DNA of 64,000 bases from the human T2T-CHM13v2.0 reference genome, Homo sapiens: the NCBI RefSeq assembly GCF_009914755.1, contig NC_060926.1. One strand, 5' to 3'. The translations under genes and the position numbers were made by a program. Below are positions 49,150-63,800 of this stretch, in pieces; positions within the stretch are counted from its first letter, which is position 1, and every line of letters begins with the position of its first letter. Under the pieces are notes generated by a model, which worked only from the letters and a program-made list of their open reading frames with translations, was not told the origin of the DNA and searched no databases.

Positions 49150-51085
49150 AGTAGATAATTTGAATAGGCCTACTTCTATTGAAAAAATGGAATAAATAAT
49201 TTATAATTTTCCAAAACAGAAAGCATCAGGACCAGACGGGGTCATTGGTAAATTCTACCAAATACTTAAGGAGAAAATTATACCAATTACATAAGATAGA
49301 AGTAGAGGGTACACTTCCTAACTCATTGTTTGAGTGTAGCATTACCCTAATACCAACATCAGACACTGGAAGGAAACTGTAGTAGGCCATTATCTCTCAT
49401 GAATATAGAAGCAAAAATCTTCAATAAAATATTAGCAGATTGAATCTGACAATGTGTAAAAAGAATTATATAACCAAGTGAGATTTATTCCTGGTATGCA
49501 AGACCAGTTCAACATTTGAAAATCAATTACTATAATCCACCACATTAACACACCAAAGCAGAAAAAAATTACATGATTATTTTAACAGACACAGAAAAAG
49601 CATTTGACAAAATCTAACACTCATTGATAGTGCAAAGAAAGAAACTCTCAGCAAACTAGCAAACTCTCAGCAAACTTTATCAAGTTGAGGAAAATTTTAT
49701 CAATTTTCCTCAACTTGATAAAGAACATTTACAGGAAACATACAGCTAACATTATACTTAATGGTGAGAAACTTGCTTTCCCACCATTGAGAAACTAAGA
49801 TCAGGAGCAAGGTAAGGATGTTCCCTCTTACCACTGCTTTTTAACATTATACTGAAAGTTCTAGCTAATGCCATATAACAAGAAAAGAAAATAAAAGGTA
49901 TGCAGATTGGGAGGGAAGAAATAAAATTGTTTGCAAAGACAATGATATGATTGTCTTTGTAAAAAATCTAAAAAAAAAATCTCTTGGGATTAAGCAATTA
50001 TAGCAAGGTTGCTAGATACAAGGTTAAGGTACAAAAGTCAATCAGTTTCCTCTATACCAGCAATGAAGAAGTGGAGTTTGAAATTAAAAACATAATACTA
50101 TTTACATTAGCACCAAAAATATTGAAATACATAGATGAAAATGAACAAAGTATGTACAAGATCTCTATGAGAAACGCTTAACAAATATTCAACAGGCGAA
50201 TGAATAAAACTATGGTATATCCATTCAATGAAAAATTACTCAGGGCTAAACAGAAATGAGCTATCAAGGCCATGAAAAGATGTGGAGGAACCTTAAATAC
50301 ATATTACTAAGTAAAAGAAGGCAATCTGAAAAGGCAATATACTATATGGTTCCAACTATATGACATTCTGGGAAAGACCAAACTATGGAGACAGTAAAAG
50401 GATCAGTGGTTGCCAGGGGTTGCGGGGAGGGAGGGATGAATAAGCAGAACACAGAGGATTTTTATAGGAAGTAAAACTTTTATGTAACACATTACAACAG
50501 TATACACATGTCATTATACATTTGTCAAAACCCATAGAATATTAAACACCAAGTACAAACCATATTGTAAACTACGGACTTTGGATGTTACTGATGTGTC
50601 AGTGTAGTTTCATCAGTTTTAACAAATGTACCACTGTGAAGTGGGATGTTAATAGTGGGGGAAGTTGGCCAGGCACAGTGGCTCTTGCCTGTAATCCCAG
50701 CGCTTTGGGAGGTCGAGGTGGGCAGATCACCTGAGGTCAGGAGTTCGAGACCAGTCTGGCCAACATGGTGAAATCCCATCTCTACTAAAAATACAAAAAT
50801 TAGCCAGGCATGGTGGCACATGCCTGTAGTCCCAGCTACTCAGGAAGCTGAAGCATGAGAATTGCTTGAACCTGGGAGGCAGAGGTTGCAGTGAGCCAAG
50901 ATTGCACCACTGCACTCCAGACTGGGCGATAGAGCATGTCTTCATCTCTAAATAAATAAATAATAGTGGGGGCTATAATGTAGGGGCTAGGATAGGAGAT
51001 ATATGGGAATCCTCCATACTTTCTGCTCAGTTTTGCTGAGAACCTAAAAGTGCTCCAAAACATAGTTTATTAATTTTTTAAATAA
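49150..51085 (+). mobile_element. L1MC/MD-type element (ORF2 part and 3'UTR, internal deletion near 50180), Alu inserted
   Basis: Sense ORF2 phrases ('ggaccagacgggg...aattctaccaaata', 'gaaaaagcatttgacaaaatc'); 3'UTR 'tgtaaactacggactttgg...gaacctaaaagtgctcc'. Confidence 0.8.
50667..50963 (+). mobile_element. AluSx-like
   Basis: 'gatcacctgaggtcaggagttcgagacc'; (AAAT)n tail. Confidence 0.9.
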
Positions 51086-52430
51086 AAGAACATAGGCCTG
51101 AGGCAACAATAAGTTTTTATAAAGCAGTTTGAGAGTCATTTTCTGTTAATCTGCTTTTCTTGAATTTGAAATCTCTGGAAAGATTTATTGTGGATCTAGA
51201 GAGGTACATGAAATTCAGTCTGATTTTAGAACTCGTGAGTAGTAGTGTATCCTAATCTAGTTAAGTTCTGAGGTTGTTTTTAGTACGTTGATATGGTCCT
51301 CCTCCTTGCTTTTACTATAGCAGATTCTGTTGATTATACAGAAACTGAAAACAGAGATCAAAAAGGTCATAACTGAAAAGTGGCCATTTTATTGGTTGTC
51401 CATATGTGGTATGAATTAAGTTATCGTTTGTGTCTAGGAATGGTCTTACTGTTCCAAATTAAAATTATTCACTGTTTTTTTGTACTTGGAAGTTATGGAT
51501 ATTCATAGAAATGGCTGAGATAAATAACATCCAAAGTTACATTTTTCATCTTAGTTACTATGACAATGCAAGTAAAAATTAACACCTACTCGAAATATTT
51601 AAGTAAATGGATATTTTACCTTAGACAAAAACACTCTGAAATACTTCAAAGATTTTTGTACAGGTAGAAACACTCTGAATGTGAAAAGCAACATATCTTC
51701 AATTTTTCCAGTAAATAAGCAAATTGCTGAACAAATATTGCATGCAACTTAAAGTCAAATAACTATTTGTATAAATTTTTGTATTCTCAGTGGAAACAAA
51801 TAAATGACCCATGGGATGCACTATTCTAGCAATGAAGTGTTTCCAGGAAGGGTTGAAGGAGAAGGGGAAATTTTTTGAAAAAGCATACTCTAAAATTACC
51901 TTTGATTTTGTTTTAATCGTGGTATTTATTTGCATATTTATTGGTATTAAAGGAGCTCATGAAATTGTAAGTTTTTTAAAGGAGGGAATGAATTTTTTAA
52001 GTTGACTTTAACAGTATTTTTAATGTTATAAATCTGTTGACAATATTTTTTCTAATTTAATGCTTAATGTGATTAGACTTTTTCTGAGAGTTTCTTCATG
52101 ACTTTAATATTGATGATGATGATAGCGGCAGGTAACATTTATTGAAAGTCCTTATGTCCTGGGCACTGTTCTAATCACACTACCTGTTTTGGCTTATTTT
52201 ACCCTCACAGTATACATGTAAATATTGTTAGTATCCCCAGTTATAGATGAGAAAACTGGCCTCATGTTAATGTCAAGTATTTATTATTGTTAGGGCCCTT
52301 ATATTTATATGAATACTCCTGTTAAATATGAATGAATGCTTTAGAGTTTCTTTTAATGTTATGTTTTGGTGGCATTTTGTTAAAAATTTACACAGTGGCC
52401 ACTGTTTTTGTCTGTTTTTGTCCTTTTCAG

Positions 52431-52506
52431 GTATGCAGTTTTGTGTGGCTATGTATCTGAGTTTGAGGGTTTACAAAACAAAATCAACTATGGGCACCTC
52501 TTCAAG
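52431..52506 (+). CDS. RMDN2: RMDN2 exon (YAVLCGYVSEFEGLQNKINYGHLFK)
   Basis: ttttcag| acceptor, |gtattt donor; 76 nt; in frame. Confidence 0.96.
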
Positions 52507-52751
52507 GTATTTCTTTTTTTTTTTTCATATTTCTTTTCAGATCCAGACATATGGAAGGGTATTTATTAATAATAAAAATGTTTTAATGTAGCCATATGTT
52601 CCATCAATGGGTATAAACCAGATTATTCAACAGATTAAGCTCTGGGAATTTGCTTTTTTGTTTAAATGTTAGAAAATGAAATTATACTCTTTAAATAGTA
52701 CTGTGACAAAAAGAATTAAATTATTTGGGTGATTAAAGATTATTATTAGTT

Positions 52752-53050
<299 letters not shown>

Positions 53051-53114
53051 TTATTATTAGTCCAGATTCTGAAAGAAGTCACGGAGTAGATGAGTATCAC
53101 TTTTTCAAAGATTA

Positions 53115-53462
<348 letters not shown>

Positions 53463-54109
53463 TTAAGTGTGACCAGCACTAAGTAGTTAACAATCTCTGC
53501 ATATTGATTTGGTGGAGGAAAAGTAGGATCCAAAGTAGGATTTAAGTTTGCCATGATAGACAAATAAAGTAAGTAATACACACACACACAAAATGTAGTA
53601 TTTGCCTCCATAGCTCAATACATAACCCCTCAACGTCAATAATTACAGAGATGAATAAACTGTTCTTCCCTATTTTCCAGCTCCCTATAACCATTTGATA
53701 ATGCCAGAGGAATAGGTTTCTCCCCCATCTAACTCTGCTATTTTTTCTGCCATTATCCCCTATTCCATGTCATTTGATATTTGTAAGCTCACCTCAGAAT
53801 CAGTAACTATTCACTAGTCAAGTCATGGGTAGGCAAACATATGACTTCGGTGTTTTCAATTTTTATAACAGTATTTTGGCTTTAAATTACACATAGCTTT
53901 ATTAAATCCTAGTCACAGTTCTGGTTCTGGTTGTAAGCAATCATTTTTGGTAATTTAGTTATTGATAAGATTTCATTGTATTAATGATAGGGATGGGGAG
54001 AACTGAGACAATATTTTAAAACCACTTTTGAGTTACTAGGCTTTGGTGTAGTTCCAGTCAACAATATCTGAAACTTGGGAGATGATTTTCCTTTGGATGC
54101 TTTTTTCAG

Positions 54110-54187
54110 GAACATCTAGATATAGCAATCAAACTTTTACCAGAGGAACCCTTTCTATATTACCTCAAAGGGAGATACTGCTATACT
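54110..54187 (+). CDS. RMDN2: RMDN2 exon ([26 protein letters not shown])
   Basis: ttttcag| acceptor, |gtaagt donor; 78 nt, phase 0-0; TPR-like helix pair. Confidence 0.96.
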
Positions 54188-55796
54188 GTAAGTTGAATGC
54201 CTTTATTTATAAACTTTATTTGAATATACTATGATTATAGGATAAATTTTCAATGACTTATTGTTTTATTTTTACCCAGTGCCTACTTTAGGGAGAATTA
54301 TAATAGCAATAAAATTTTATTTTAATGTATAATATATATGTTAAAATTGTATCTGAATTTATAATTTATACATTATAATTTTAAAAGCTATAATCTATGT
54401 ATTTTATAATTTATAAACTTGTAATTTATATATATTTGTATGTTATATGCCACATTTTATATATATGTGATCTTTTTCTTTCCTGCTTTTTCATTTCTTT
54501 TTGCAGTAGTCACGTTCCCTCCCTTTGTGGCTGTCTCAGTTTGGGATCAACAATCCACACACACACCCTGTGTCTAGGTACACTATTCACGGTTCTGTGA
54601 GAGGACTTTTTTTCATCCAGTAGTGTATACTGAGCACAAATTATGTGCTAACTAACTGGCCAGGGATGAATAAAACACTCCTTGCTTTTAAGGAACTTAA
54701 TTTGGAAGGGATACGCAACATATATAGCTCAAATAAAAGCAGCTGGTCCGTGTCTTAAATGACACTATTAGTTTATAGAAAATTACAGAATGTGAAAATG
54801 TATCTTAAGAATATGTGAAAAAAATTATCGTGAAAGGACAATGCCATTTTTGAATGATAAAATTGGGGTAGGCAAAGAGATAACTTCTTCATTGCAGCTG
54901 AAAGAGAATTAGAGGTGAAGAAGGAAGTTTGCTTTTATTGAACACCTGCTCTATGCCAAATATGCATTCTGTCCTTTATATTTCTTGCTGCATTTCATCC
55001 TTAAAACAGTGCTGTGAAGCAGTTATTATTATACCAGTTTTAAAGATTAAAAATCTGAGTCTTCATGATGTTAAGAACCTTCCCAAAGTCCCATTTAACT
55101 AGTCAATGAAAGAGGCAGCATTGAAATTGAAATTTAATTCCAAAATTTATGCTCTTTATATTGTGTTACGTACGAAGAAAACTTACATTTTGTTAAGGAA
55201 AAAGGAGTAAAGGTATATCATCTGTTTTTCTCTTTTTTTCCTGGTTGTAAGATGGCAAAGTCAAATAATAGAATGATTACAACACTCAAATTTTTATAAC
55301 CTACTTAATGTTGTAAAATACACAATGATGCCTTCATTCTCTGAAATATTGCACTGTTGAGTATACTGTTAATTTGCTAAGTTTGTACTACCTTCCAACA
55401 ACTCACATGTTTTACTTACTGTTTCTTTTCTGTTGATCCCAAGTTATCTGAAATCTCTTCAAGGAAAGAGTGCACATTTTACACTTCTTGGTAATTTTTC
55501 TTCAGCATCTAGCTCAGTTTTTTGCACTTAAAATAAGCTGCTTCTACAAGTATTTGTTTCTTAAATGATTGATTCACTAAAACTAGAGAAAAAGTACAAA
55601 AAAAACAAAGAATAAAAAGCAGTAGTAATAATGGCTAATGTGTACGTGGCTCTTGTAAGCATTTTATGTGACTGTAAACATATATTGTAGCTCACTCACT
55701 TTTTCAAAAACCCTATAAGGTTAATAAGGTTAATAATTTGCCCAGGGTCACTCAGCTAATAAGCAGGAGAACAGGATTCAAACACAAGCAGTTTGT

Positions 55797-56113
<317 letters not shown>

Positions 56114-57439
56114 CAGGCAGTTTACTTCTAAAATCTTTGCTCTTAACTAGTAAGCTCTACTGCCTATAAATTATAAGTATAGATAATGAATATGAATTGT
56201 GGAAGAGGAAGTTGGAACTCTTTCCACCAGGGGGAATCAGCTTCCGCCAAGGTAATAAAGCAAGTATGAGCAAATGTGTAAAGAATGTTTCCAGCATATG
56301 CAGACTAGAGAACTCAAAATTTTCTGGCCACACAATATCTTAAAGTGTGTGTTAGTCTGAAGTGTGTATGTCTGTTTCTAATCAGGTCAATGGAAGAACC
56401 TACAGAAAAAAAAAAAAATAACAATAAGGGGAACAGCCAAAGGCCAGAAACAAAGCAAGAATACCAGTTCCAAGTACTGGTAAGCCAGCCTTGAAACCAC
56501 CTGATAGTCGGAGGCATTTACCAAGGCTGGTAACCTAAAGCTTAGTCTGTAGACCTTTGTTGGGACTGGGGGACTAGAGACCTGAGCAGAGCAGAGAGCA
56601 GCTTGAAGACTGCCACAATATATCTGGGACTCCAAAAGTACAATGCCTGGTGGGGGGTGGGGGGGAGATGAACTTAAATAAAATTTATTCAGCACAAGCT
56701 TATAGCAGTGAAAATTCATTTTCAGCCTTAACAATTGGGAAGATAGAGTTGAAAGGAGGAAACGCTGCTAAGATTTAAAAGCCGTTTACCCAACCTCACA
56801 AGTGTCTGGAGCTTCAATGTACATTACCTGTCTAGACTTACAAGCTCAAGAAAGAAATTTTAATTCAAAATGGACTCTGATCTTCACACCATAGAGAAAT
56901 GGCAAAAGCACATGCTAATCCTCTGTAGAGGAAGGTACCTTTAGATAGGCTTTGTCAAACTTTCACAGAAAGTATCCCAACAATGATGAGTTCACAGTCA
57001 AAAATTATAGACTATACAAGGAAACAAGCCAACAGTAATGACAGTCAGCAGAAAACAAAACAAAAAACCAGCAGTGGACCTAAAAAGACTTCAGATTTTG
57101 GAAATGTGGGATACAGAATATTTAATATGTAGCTATAATGTGTTTTTTAAAATAAGAGGAATTGGCATCGGATAGATGAGCAGCATGAGCAAAATTCAGT
57201 GCTGCTTTCTGAAAATAAACTGTTACGGCCATGTAACAGGACAAGCTAGAAATTTCAGAAGGACTTAACAGAGCTTTTCTCTTCCTCCATGATGTCAGGC
57301 AGTCTTTATAACATTACCTATGCTAATTACAGCATGTTGTCCAACACCAATTATAGCCATAAAATTAAATTGAAAAGATGAAAACTAGAAGTGTTTCCAC
57401 ATATGTTTGACTGTTTTCCAGATCACATTTCAATTACTT

Positions 57440-58065
57440 AACAAAAGAAAGTCTGTGAGTGGTAAGCAAGCATATGAAAAGATACTGATCATCAGTAGTC
57501 ATTAGAAAAATGCAAATTAAAACCACAGAGAAAGACCGCTATTTATTCACTTTTTAAAAGGGCTAAAATTTAAAAGATGACAATACCAAGTACCAGCGAG
57601 GATATAGAGCAATTGAAACTCATATGTTTCAATGGGAATATGTGAATAATAAATATATTATCAATTCCTAAGTATTCACCAAGAGAAATAAAAATATATG
57701 CTCACACAAAGACTAGCATATGAATTTTCATAGCAGCCTTAGCAGCATAACAACATGCATGACTCTTCAAAGCATTATGCCGAGAAAGCTCACAGAAGAC
57801 TACCTAATTGCATTGATATGAAACTCTAGAAAAGGCAAATTATAGTCAGATCAGTATTTGTGTAGGGCTAGGAGCAGGTTAAGGAGATTGACAGCAAAGG
57901 GGTATGAGAGAACTTTTTAGGATGATGAAAATGTACTATATATTGGTTGTTGTGGCAGTTACAGGATTGTATGCATTTGTCAAAACTCGCTGAACTGTAC
58001 ACTTGTAATGGAGGAAATTTTATTTTATATAGATTATACCTCAGTAAAGCCAATTTAAAAAATAC
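57440..58065 (+). mobile_element. L1M (MC/ME-type) 3' end
   Basis: 'gtcattagaaaaatgcaaattaaaaccaca...catttgtcaaaactc...ttatacctcagtaaagc'. Confidence 0.7.
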
Positions 58066-58144
58066 CTAGTGACTGAGAAACATAGAAAGTAAACATGTAG
58101 AAAAGTTATATCAAATAGTAACCAAATAAATAATAATCAAACTA

Positions 58145-58211
58145 AAACATATATATGGTTTCAGGCATCTGTTGGGGGTCCTGGAATATACCCCCTGAAG
58201 AAGAGGGGATG

Positions 58212-58217
<6 letters not shown>
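58145..58217. mobile_element. MER2 (TcMar-Tigger) terminal fragment
   Basis: 'ggtttcaggcatctgttgggggtcctggaatataccccctgaagaagaggggatgactact' resembles the recalled MER2 end (...GGATAAGGGGGGACTACTG). Confidence 0.65.
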
Positions 58218-58267
<50 letters not shown>

Positions 58268-58277
58268 ACACACACAC
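58212..58277. repeat. Compound microsatellite (ACT)18(AC)6
   Basis: Direct count. Confidence 0.95.
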
Positions 58278-59204
58278 TCATAAATTTTAAGGCAAAAGTA
58301 TATCTAGAGATAAAGAGTGTAACTATATAGTAAGTTTAATTCACAAGGAAAGTGTTTATAAACTAGTGTGCTTGTAATAACAGCCTCAGAACTATAAAAT
58401 AAAAATTGACCAAATTATAAGGATAAATGTACAGATCAACCATATACTGGTATTTTCACCCACCCCTTTTAGTAATTAATGGAACAGGAAAACAAAAATG
58501 TATTAGTTTGTAAAACATTGGAGCCTCACATTTAATAAGCTTGATCTAATAAATATGAAGCCATGTGGCTAACCATTGGAGAATAGACATCTTTTCAAGC
58601 ATATGCAGAATGTGTGCTAAAATGGACCGTATATGAGGCTGTGAAACTAGTCTTAATACATTTCAAAGAACTGATGTCATGCAGTTTTTCTGATCATAAT
58701 GCAATTAAACTAAAAATTTAAAAAACAAAATTATAGAAATGATAATGAAAACCCCAAGTAGATGCCATTTTATTCCTATTCTTTTTATAAAAATTGTAAA
58801 ATCTCAGTATGAGGTGTTTCAAGGATATGTATGGAGCAGCGGGAATTATTAGATTGCTGTGGAAACATAAATCAGCGCGACTACCTTGGGAACCATTGAT
58901 TAGTATCTTTTAAATTTGACTGTTTGCCTGCCATGTGATCGTGCCTACCCTACAGAGACTCACAAATGTGCTCCACTGTTGAAATGATGAAATATTTCAG
59001 TTATTTAAATGACTGAACTTCAGTCATACTCATTATCCTGGATGAAATCTTAGAATCATACCATTAAGTGAAAAAGCAAGTCATATAAGGAAATAAGCAA
59101 TATATTATTTTTTACAAAGTTCAAAGCGAAGCAAAAATAAGCATACGAATAAGAAAAATTATGTCAAAAAATAAGGAAATAATTTTTAAATTAGAGGATA
59201 ATGG

Positions 59205-59518
59205 ACTGGGCAAGGTGGCTTATGCCTGTAATCCTAGCACTTTGAGAGTCTGAGGCAGGAGGATCTCTTGAGCCCAGGAGTTCAGGACCAGCCTGGACAA
59301 TATAGGAAGACCCTGTCTCTACAAAAAATTTAAAAAATTAATTGAGCATGTGATGCACACCTGTAGTTCCAACTGTTCAGGAGGCTGAAGTGGGAGGATT
59401 GTTGAGCCCAGGAGGTCGAGGCTGCAGTGAGCCATGATCGTGCCGCTGTACGGTATGATCCAGCCTGAGCAACAAGGTGAGACATTGCCAAAAAAAAAAA
59501 AAGAAAAAAAAAAAAAAA
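59205..59518 (+). mobile_element. AluJ
   Basis: J-type 'ttgagcccaggagttc...gaggctgcagtgagccatgatcgtgcc'; TSD agaggata(a/t)tgg. Confidence 0.88.
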
Positions 59519-60315
59519 GAGGATATTGGCTACCAAGGAATCTAGGTGATGGGACTGAGAAGGAAGATAATTTATGGGGTTGGACAAGCATCAACTGGGT
59601 GAATACCCTTTTAAGTGTTCATTTTTGAGCCAGTTTAATCTTTTAGAATGAACATCTAATATTTATATTTGGGGAAAGAGCAAAACTTTTTAGAAGAAAG
59701 CAAAAAAATCAGTGGTAATATGAAATTTAGTTTTGGTGGTTATTGATTTTTTAAAAAATCTTCGGGATTGTAAATATGTATAGTGGGTCCCCATTCCCTG
59801 CTCCTTCTGGCTTGAGGATCCCTATTCTATTTACATATCTGAGATGCTACCTCTGGGTCAGGAGGCCAGTTGGCAGCATGGAGTAGGCAGGAGGAGAGCA
59901 AAGGCGGAGTCTTGTAGCCCCTGTGTGCTGTACGAAGAGATACACCGTAGTTACCTCAGAATCCAGAATCAGATGAACAAACGGGATCAGCATTATTTCC
60001 CACCCCACCCCTTTTTCCTCTGATTTGACACAAATCTTCTTATCCAGAGTATTTCAGGTTGGTTTTGAAACCAGTGCTTCTGGACCCCATGGTTCTTTAG
60101 AATTGTGAAAAAGGAAGGTAAAATATTAACATGAATACCATGAGGGTGGTATCTCTAATATATATTATTTATGGATATATGTTTTCATTTGTATATGTTA
60201 TATCTATACACACACACACGTATATACACATAACACACACACGTCTAACTGGGGAGAGATAATCCATTCAAAAGGTGAACAACTTTCTAAGAGTGATGTT
60301 GTTGTGTATTTGCAG

Positions 60316-60414
60316 GTCTCAAAACTGAGCTGGATTGAGAAAAAAATGGCTGCTACTCTGTTTGGAAAAATACCATCTTCAACTGTACAAGAAGCTTTAC
60401 ACAATTTCCTTAAG
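60316..60414 (+). CDS. RMDN2: RMDN2 exon ([33 protein letters not shown])
   Basis: tttgcag| acceptor, |gtacat donor; 99 nt; RMD-family LSW.E...A..LF motif. The gene continues beyond the window. Confidence 0.96.
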
Positions 60415-61144
60415 GTACATTTTGTGTATCCATTATTTTAGTGTCAGACTGATTACCATCTGCACCAATCCCTGCTGCCGTTGTCAAGGAAATCTTTTCT
60501 CCATGTGGAGCCTCAGTTTGAATCCTGGTTTTGGCATGTTCTGTTTTAAGCCCCTCATAATGCAAGTTATTAATATGTTTTAAGTCTAAACTCCTTAGAA
60601 CAACTAGTTATGCCCTAGGTTCTAGGAATTACAAACTACTTTTTAAAAATAACCCAGCAGCCTAAATGAAGGTTTAGGTTTGACAGCTCTTACTGCTAAG
60701 TCCAAGAACAGCTCTCTGAGTCACTTGAGCATGTGCAGAAACAGTCACGCCCTGATGGTTAAACTTAGTCCCAGTACTCCTGATTAGCCTAACATAGAAC
60801 CAGTTTAATCTTAAGGAAATAAAAGTGCTAAAGGAAGAGTTATTTTAAAAGCTAACTCCTAAAGTTGCAGACATTTCTCTGGAAGATTCTTGGGGTATCA
60901 GACCAAATCAGTATTCTCAATCCTGTCTTAAAATGTATAATCGCTGTACTATACAACTCTAAGCAGTAATATATGTGTGTGTGAGCTCACATGTAAATGT
61001 ATAATATAGCCACCCATATAATCAACTTCCGGTGGGGGTAATAATCCCTTTACCTTTCTCTGGAACCAGTTTCAAAATTTTATAGTTACTAAATGTGTTT
61101 TCCTTCCCAACCTACCTACTTCAAGTTTACAAAAATACAGACAA

Positions 61145-61443
<299 letters not shown>

Positions 61444-62064
61444 CGTCTTGTACATGCTAATATTTGTGCTGTATTTCAGGGAGCAGTTTTGTAGAACTGA
61501 GAGGGAATTTGTAGATCATGTAGTCTAGGTTTCTTCTCACTTTCTATCTCTCACCCCCAATGGCCAGTGGCTGCCTCAAGTGAAAAAATAAGTGTCCTGA
61601 AATCAAGCACAAGCCCAGCAGAAAAGAGTTCAAAAAATAAAAAAGAAACGGGCTGTACATTTCTTATTTTTTATGTAATGTGATCCCTTTTTTTGTTTTA
61701 TAAAAAGGGAGTCAATACCTCAGGAACTTAATTTGTTGCATTTCACACAATGACAATCAAAGATTTGATTTAAATATAAGTGAAGGCTAAGACTGTATCA
61801 CTCCCATTTCTTCACCCTTTTCCTACCACTGAAAATTAGTTCCCTCTTTTTAAATTGTATAAGAATGTAGATTATGATCTATTTAAGATAAAATATTTAT
61901 ATAAAAGATGCCACATTAACTAGCAAAAATGTTATCTGTACTCAAAACTCATTTCCTCATAATATCAAAGTTATAATTGAGGAGCAGGTTTTCAGAACAC
62001 TGTAGAAAAGTTCTTGAGATGCTAATGTGCCTGAAATAATACACAGATGAAATCAAAAGTGGTA

Positions 62065-62305
62065 AGTAGCACAATAATGCTGAGGTAAAGAATGCAAATT
62101 TCGGAACCAGACTACCTGGTTAAATCTCAGCTTTACCACTTACCAGCTGATTAACACTGCGCAAATTGCTTAACCTCTCTCTCAGTTTCATCAATAACAT
62201 GGAGATAATAGTACTTACCTCATAGTGGTGTTGTAAGGATTATCTACATTCTTACAAGTAAATTGCTTAGAGTGTGCCTAGCACCCAGTAAGTCCTCAGC
62301 AAAAA
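62065..62305 (+). mobile_element. MIR
   Basis: 'gcaaattgcttaacctctctctcagtttc...atagtacttacctcatagtggtgttgtaaggatt...gcttagagtgtgcctagcacccagtaagtcctca'. Confidence 0.8.
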
Positions 62306-63244
62306 CTCACGGAATTTTAATTTCATTAAAATTTAAACACCTCAGCAAACCATCTTGGGGAGCCCCGCATTAGGTCATTACTTAGACTTTAGTCTCAAAA
62401 TGCCTTCCATGTTGTTTGTCAAAGAAAAGAGAGGAGGCATCAGGAATGCTTCTTGCCATATTTACTAGAACAGCTAAGAGGACTGAGGGGTCTGGAGTGC
62501 TGAGGCTAAGGCTGTGGTGGAACTAAGAAATCTGGGAAGTGGAGGAGATGAAAGGGAAACAGCACAGACCCTGGCTCCCACACCCAGGAGAGTCTGCAAC
62601 CCCCGGGTCCTACAACACAGGAGGCCGTGTTGTTGGTACCCAGACTGCCCCGAATCCACCCCTCCAAAGAGCGTTCACAGGGGCCAGGAATGTGTCTCTA
62701 GAGCCATCCAGCTGGATCCCGTAGAGGTTGAGAACACTAGGTTTGGAGTTGACAAGTGAAGTTGAGACCTGAGCCTTTCCTGTCTGAATGACCTGGACAC
62801 ACATTTCCTTAGTTCTCCCACTCTCAAATTCTTCATCCGTGAAATGGCCATAATAATACCTACTTTGTACAGTTTTTGTGAAGGTTACAGAAAATAATAT
62901 ATTTTATATTCTTACCCCAGGGTCTAACATGTTAAATGTTCTAACTAAAAATCAATGTTAGCTACTATTGTTTTGCTATTATAGCAGGGGAAAATTGGTC
63001 CTCCACAGCCTCAAAGCATCTAGGGAGGTGGTTTAGACACCTGTAGGAGTCATCTGTGAATCCCCTGGGGAAATTCTTTCAAACTATAGCATGCTTCCCA
63101 CCTCATCCAAAATTCTGGCATGATTCCCTAGGGCAGTGGTTCTCAACCTTGGCTGTGCATTGCAGTCATCTGAGGCACCTTACAAAATGGCAGCCCAGGC
63201 CATGACCCAGACTCATTGTTTCAGAACCTCTGGGTATCTTGAAG

Positions 63245-63800
63245 TATAGTTTATAAGCAATAAATTGTACCCATTTTAAGTGTACAGTTCAGTGAAGTTT
63301 GACAAACTTATATACCTATGTAACCACCACTGTAACCACCACCATTTCAAGATAGCATTTTCATCATCCTAGAGAGTTTTCTTTGTCTCTTTGCTGTCAA
63401 TTTCCCCCATCTCCTGCCCCAAGTAACCACTGATCTGCTTTCTATCACTATAAATTAGTTTTGCCCATTCTAAAATTTAATATAAATGGAATCATACAAC
63501 ATGTACTTTTGTGTATATCTGGCTTTTACTCAGCATACTGTTTTGAGATTCATTCATTTTATTGAGTGTATCAGCAGCTCCTTTTCATTGCTAAGTAATA
63601 TTCCATTATATGGATATACCATAATTTGTTTATGTGTTAACTTACTGATAGACATTTGAGTTGTTTCTGGTTTGATGCTATTTTGAATAAAGCTTCTGTG
63701 AACATTCAAATGCAAGTTTGGTATTGACATATTTTATTTCTCTTGGATAAGAACCTAGGGGTGGAATTGTTGTGTCATATGGTATGTGCTTTTAAACGTT
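63245..63800 (-). mobile_element. L1MB-type 3' end inside a MER5-like MITE (arms at about 63133-63240 and 63810-63871)
   Basis: 'cccattttaagtgtacagttcagtga...gtaaccactgatctgctttct...ttgagattcattcat'; flanks cagtggttctcaacc...gaaaccactg. Confidence 0.75.

Noticed and set aside
56200-57160. Possible HAL1 or old L1 5' region
   Set aside because: Only a weak resemblance; too degenerate to call without a RepeatMasker run.
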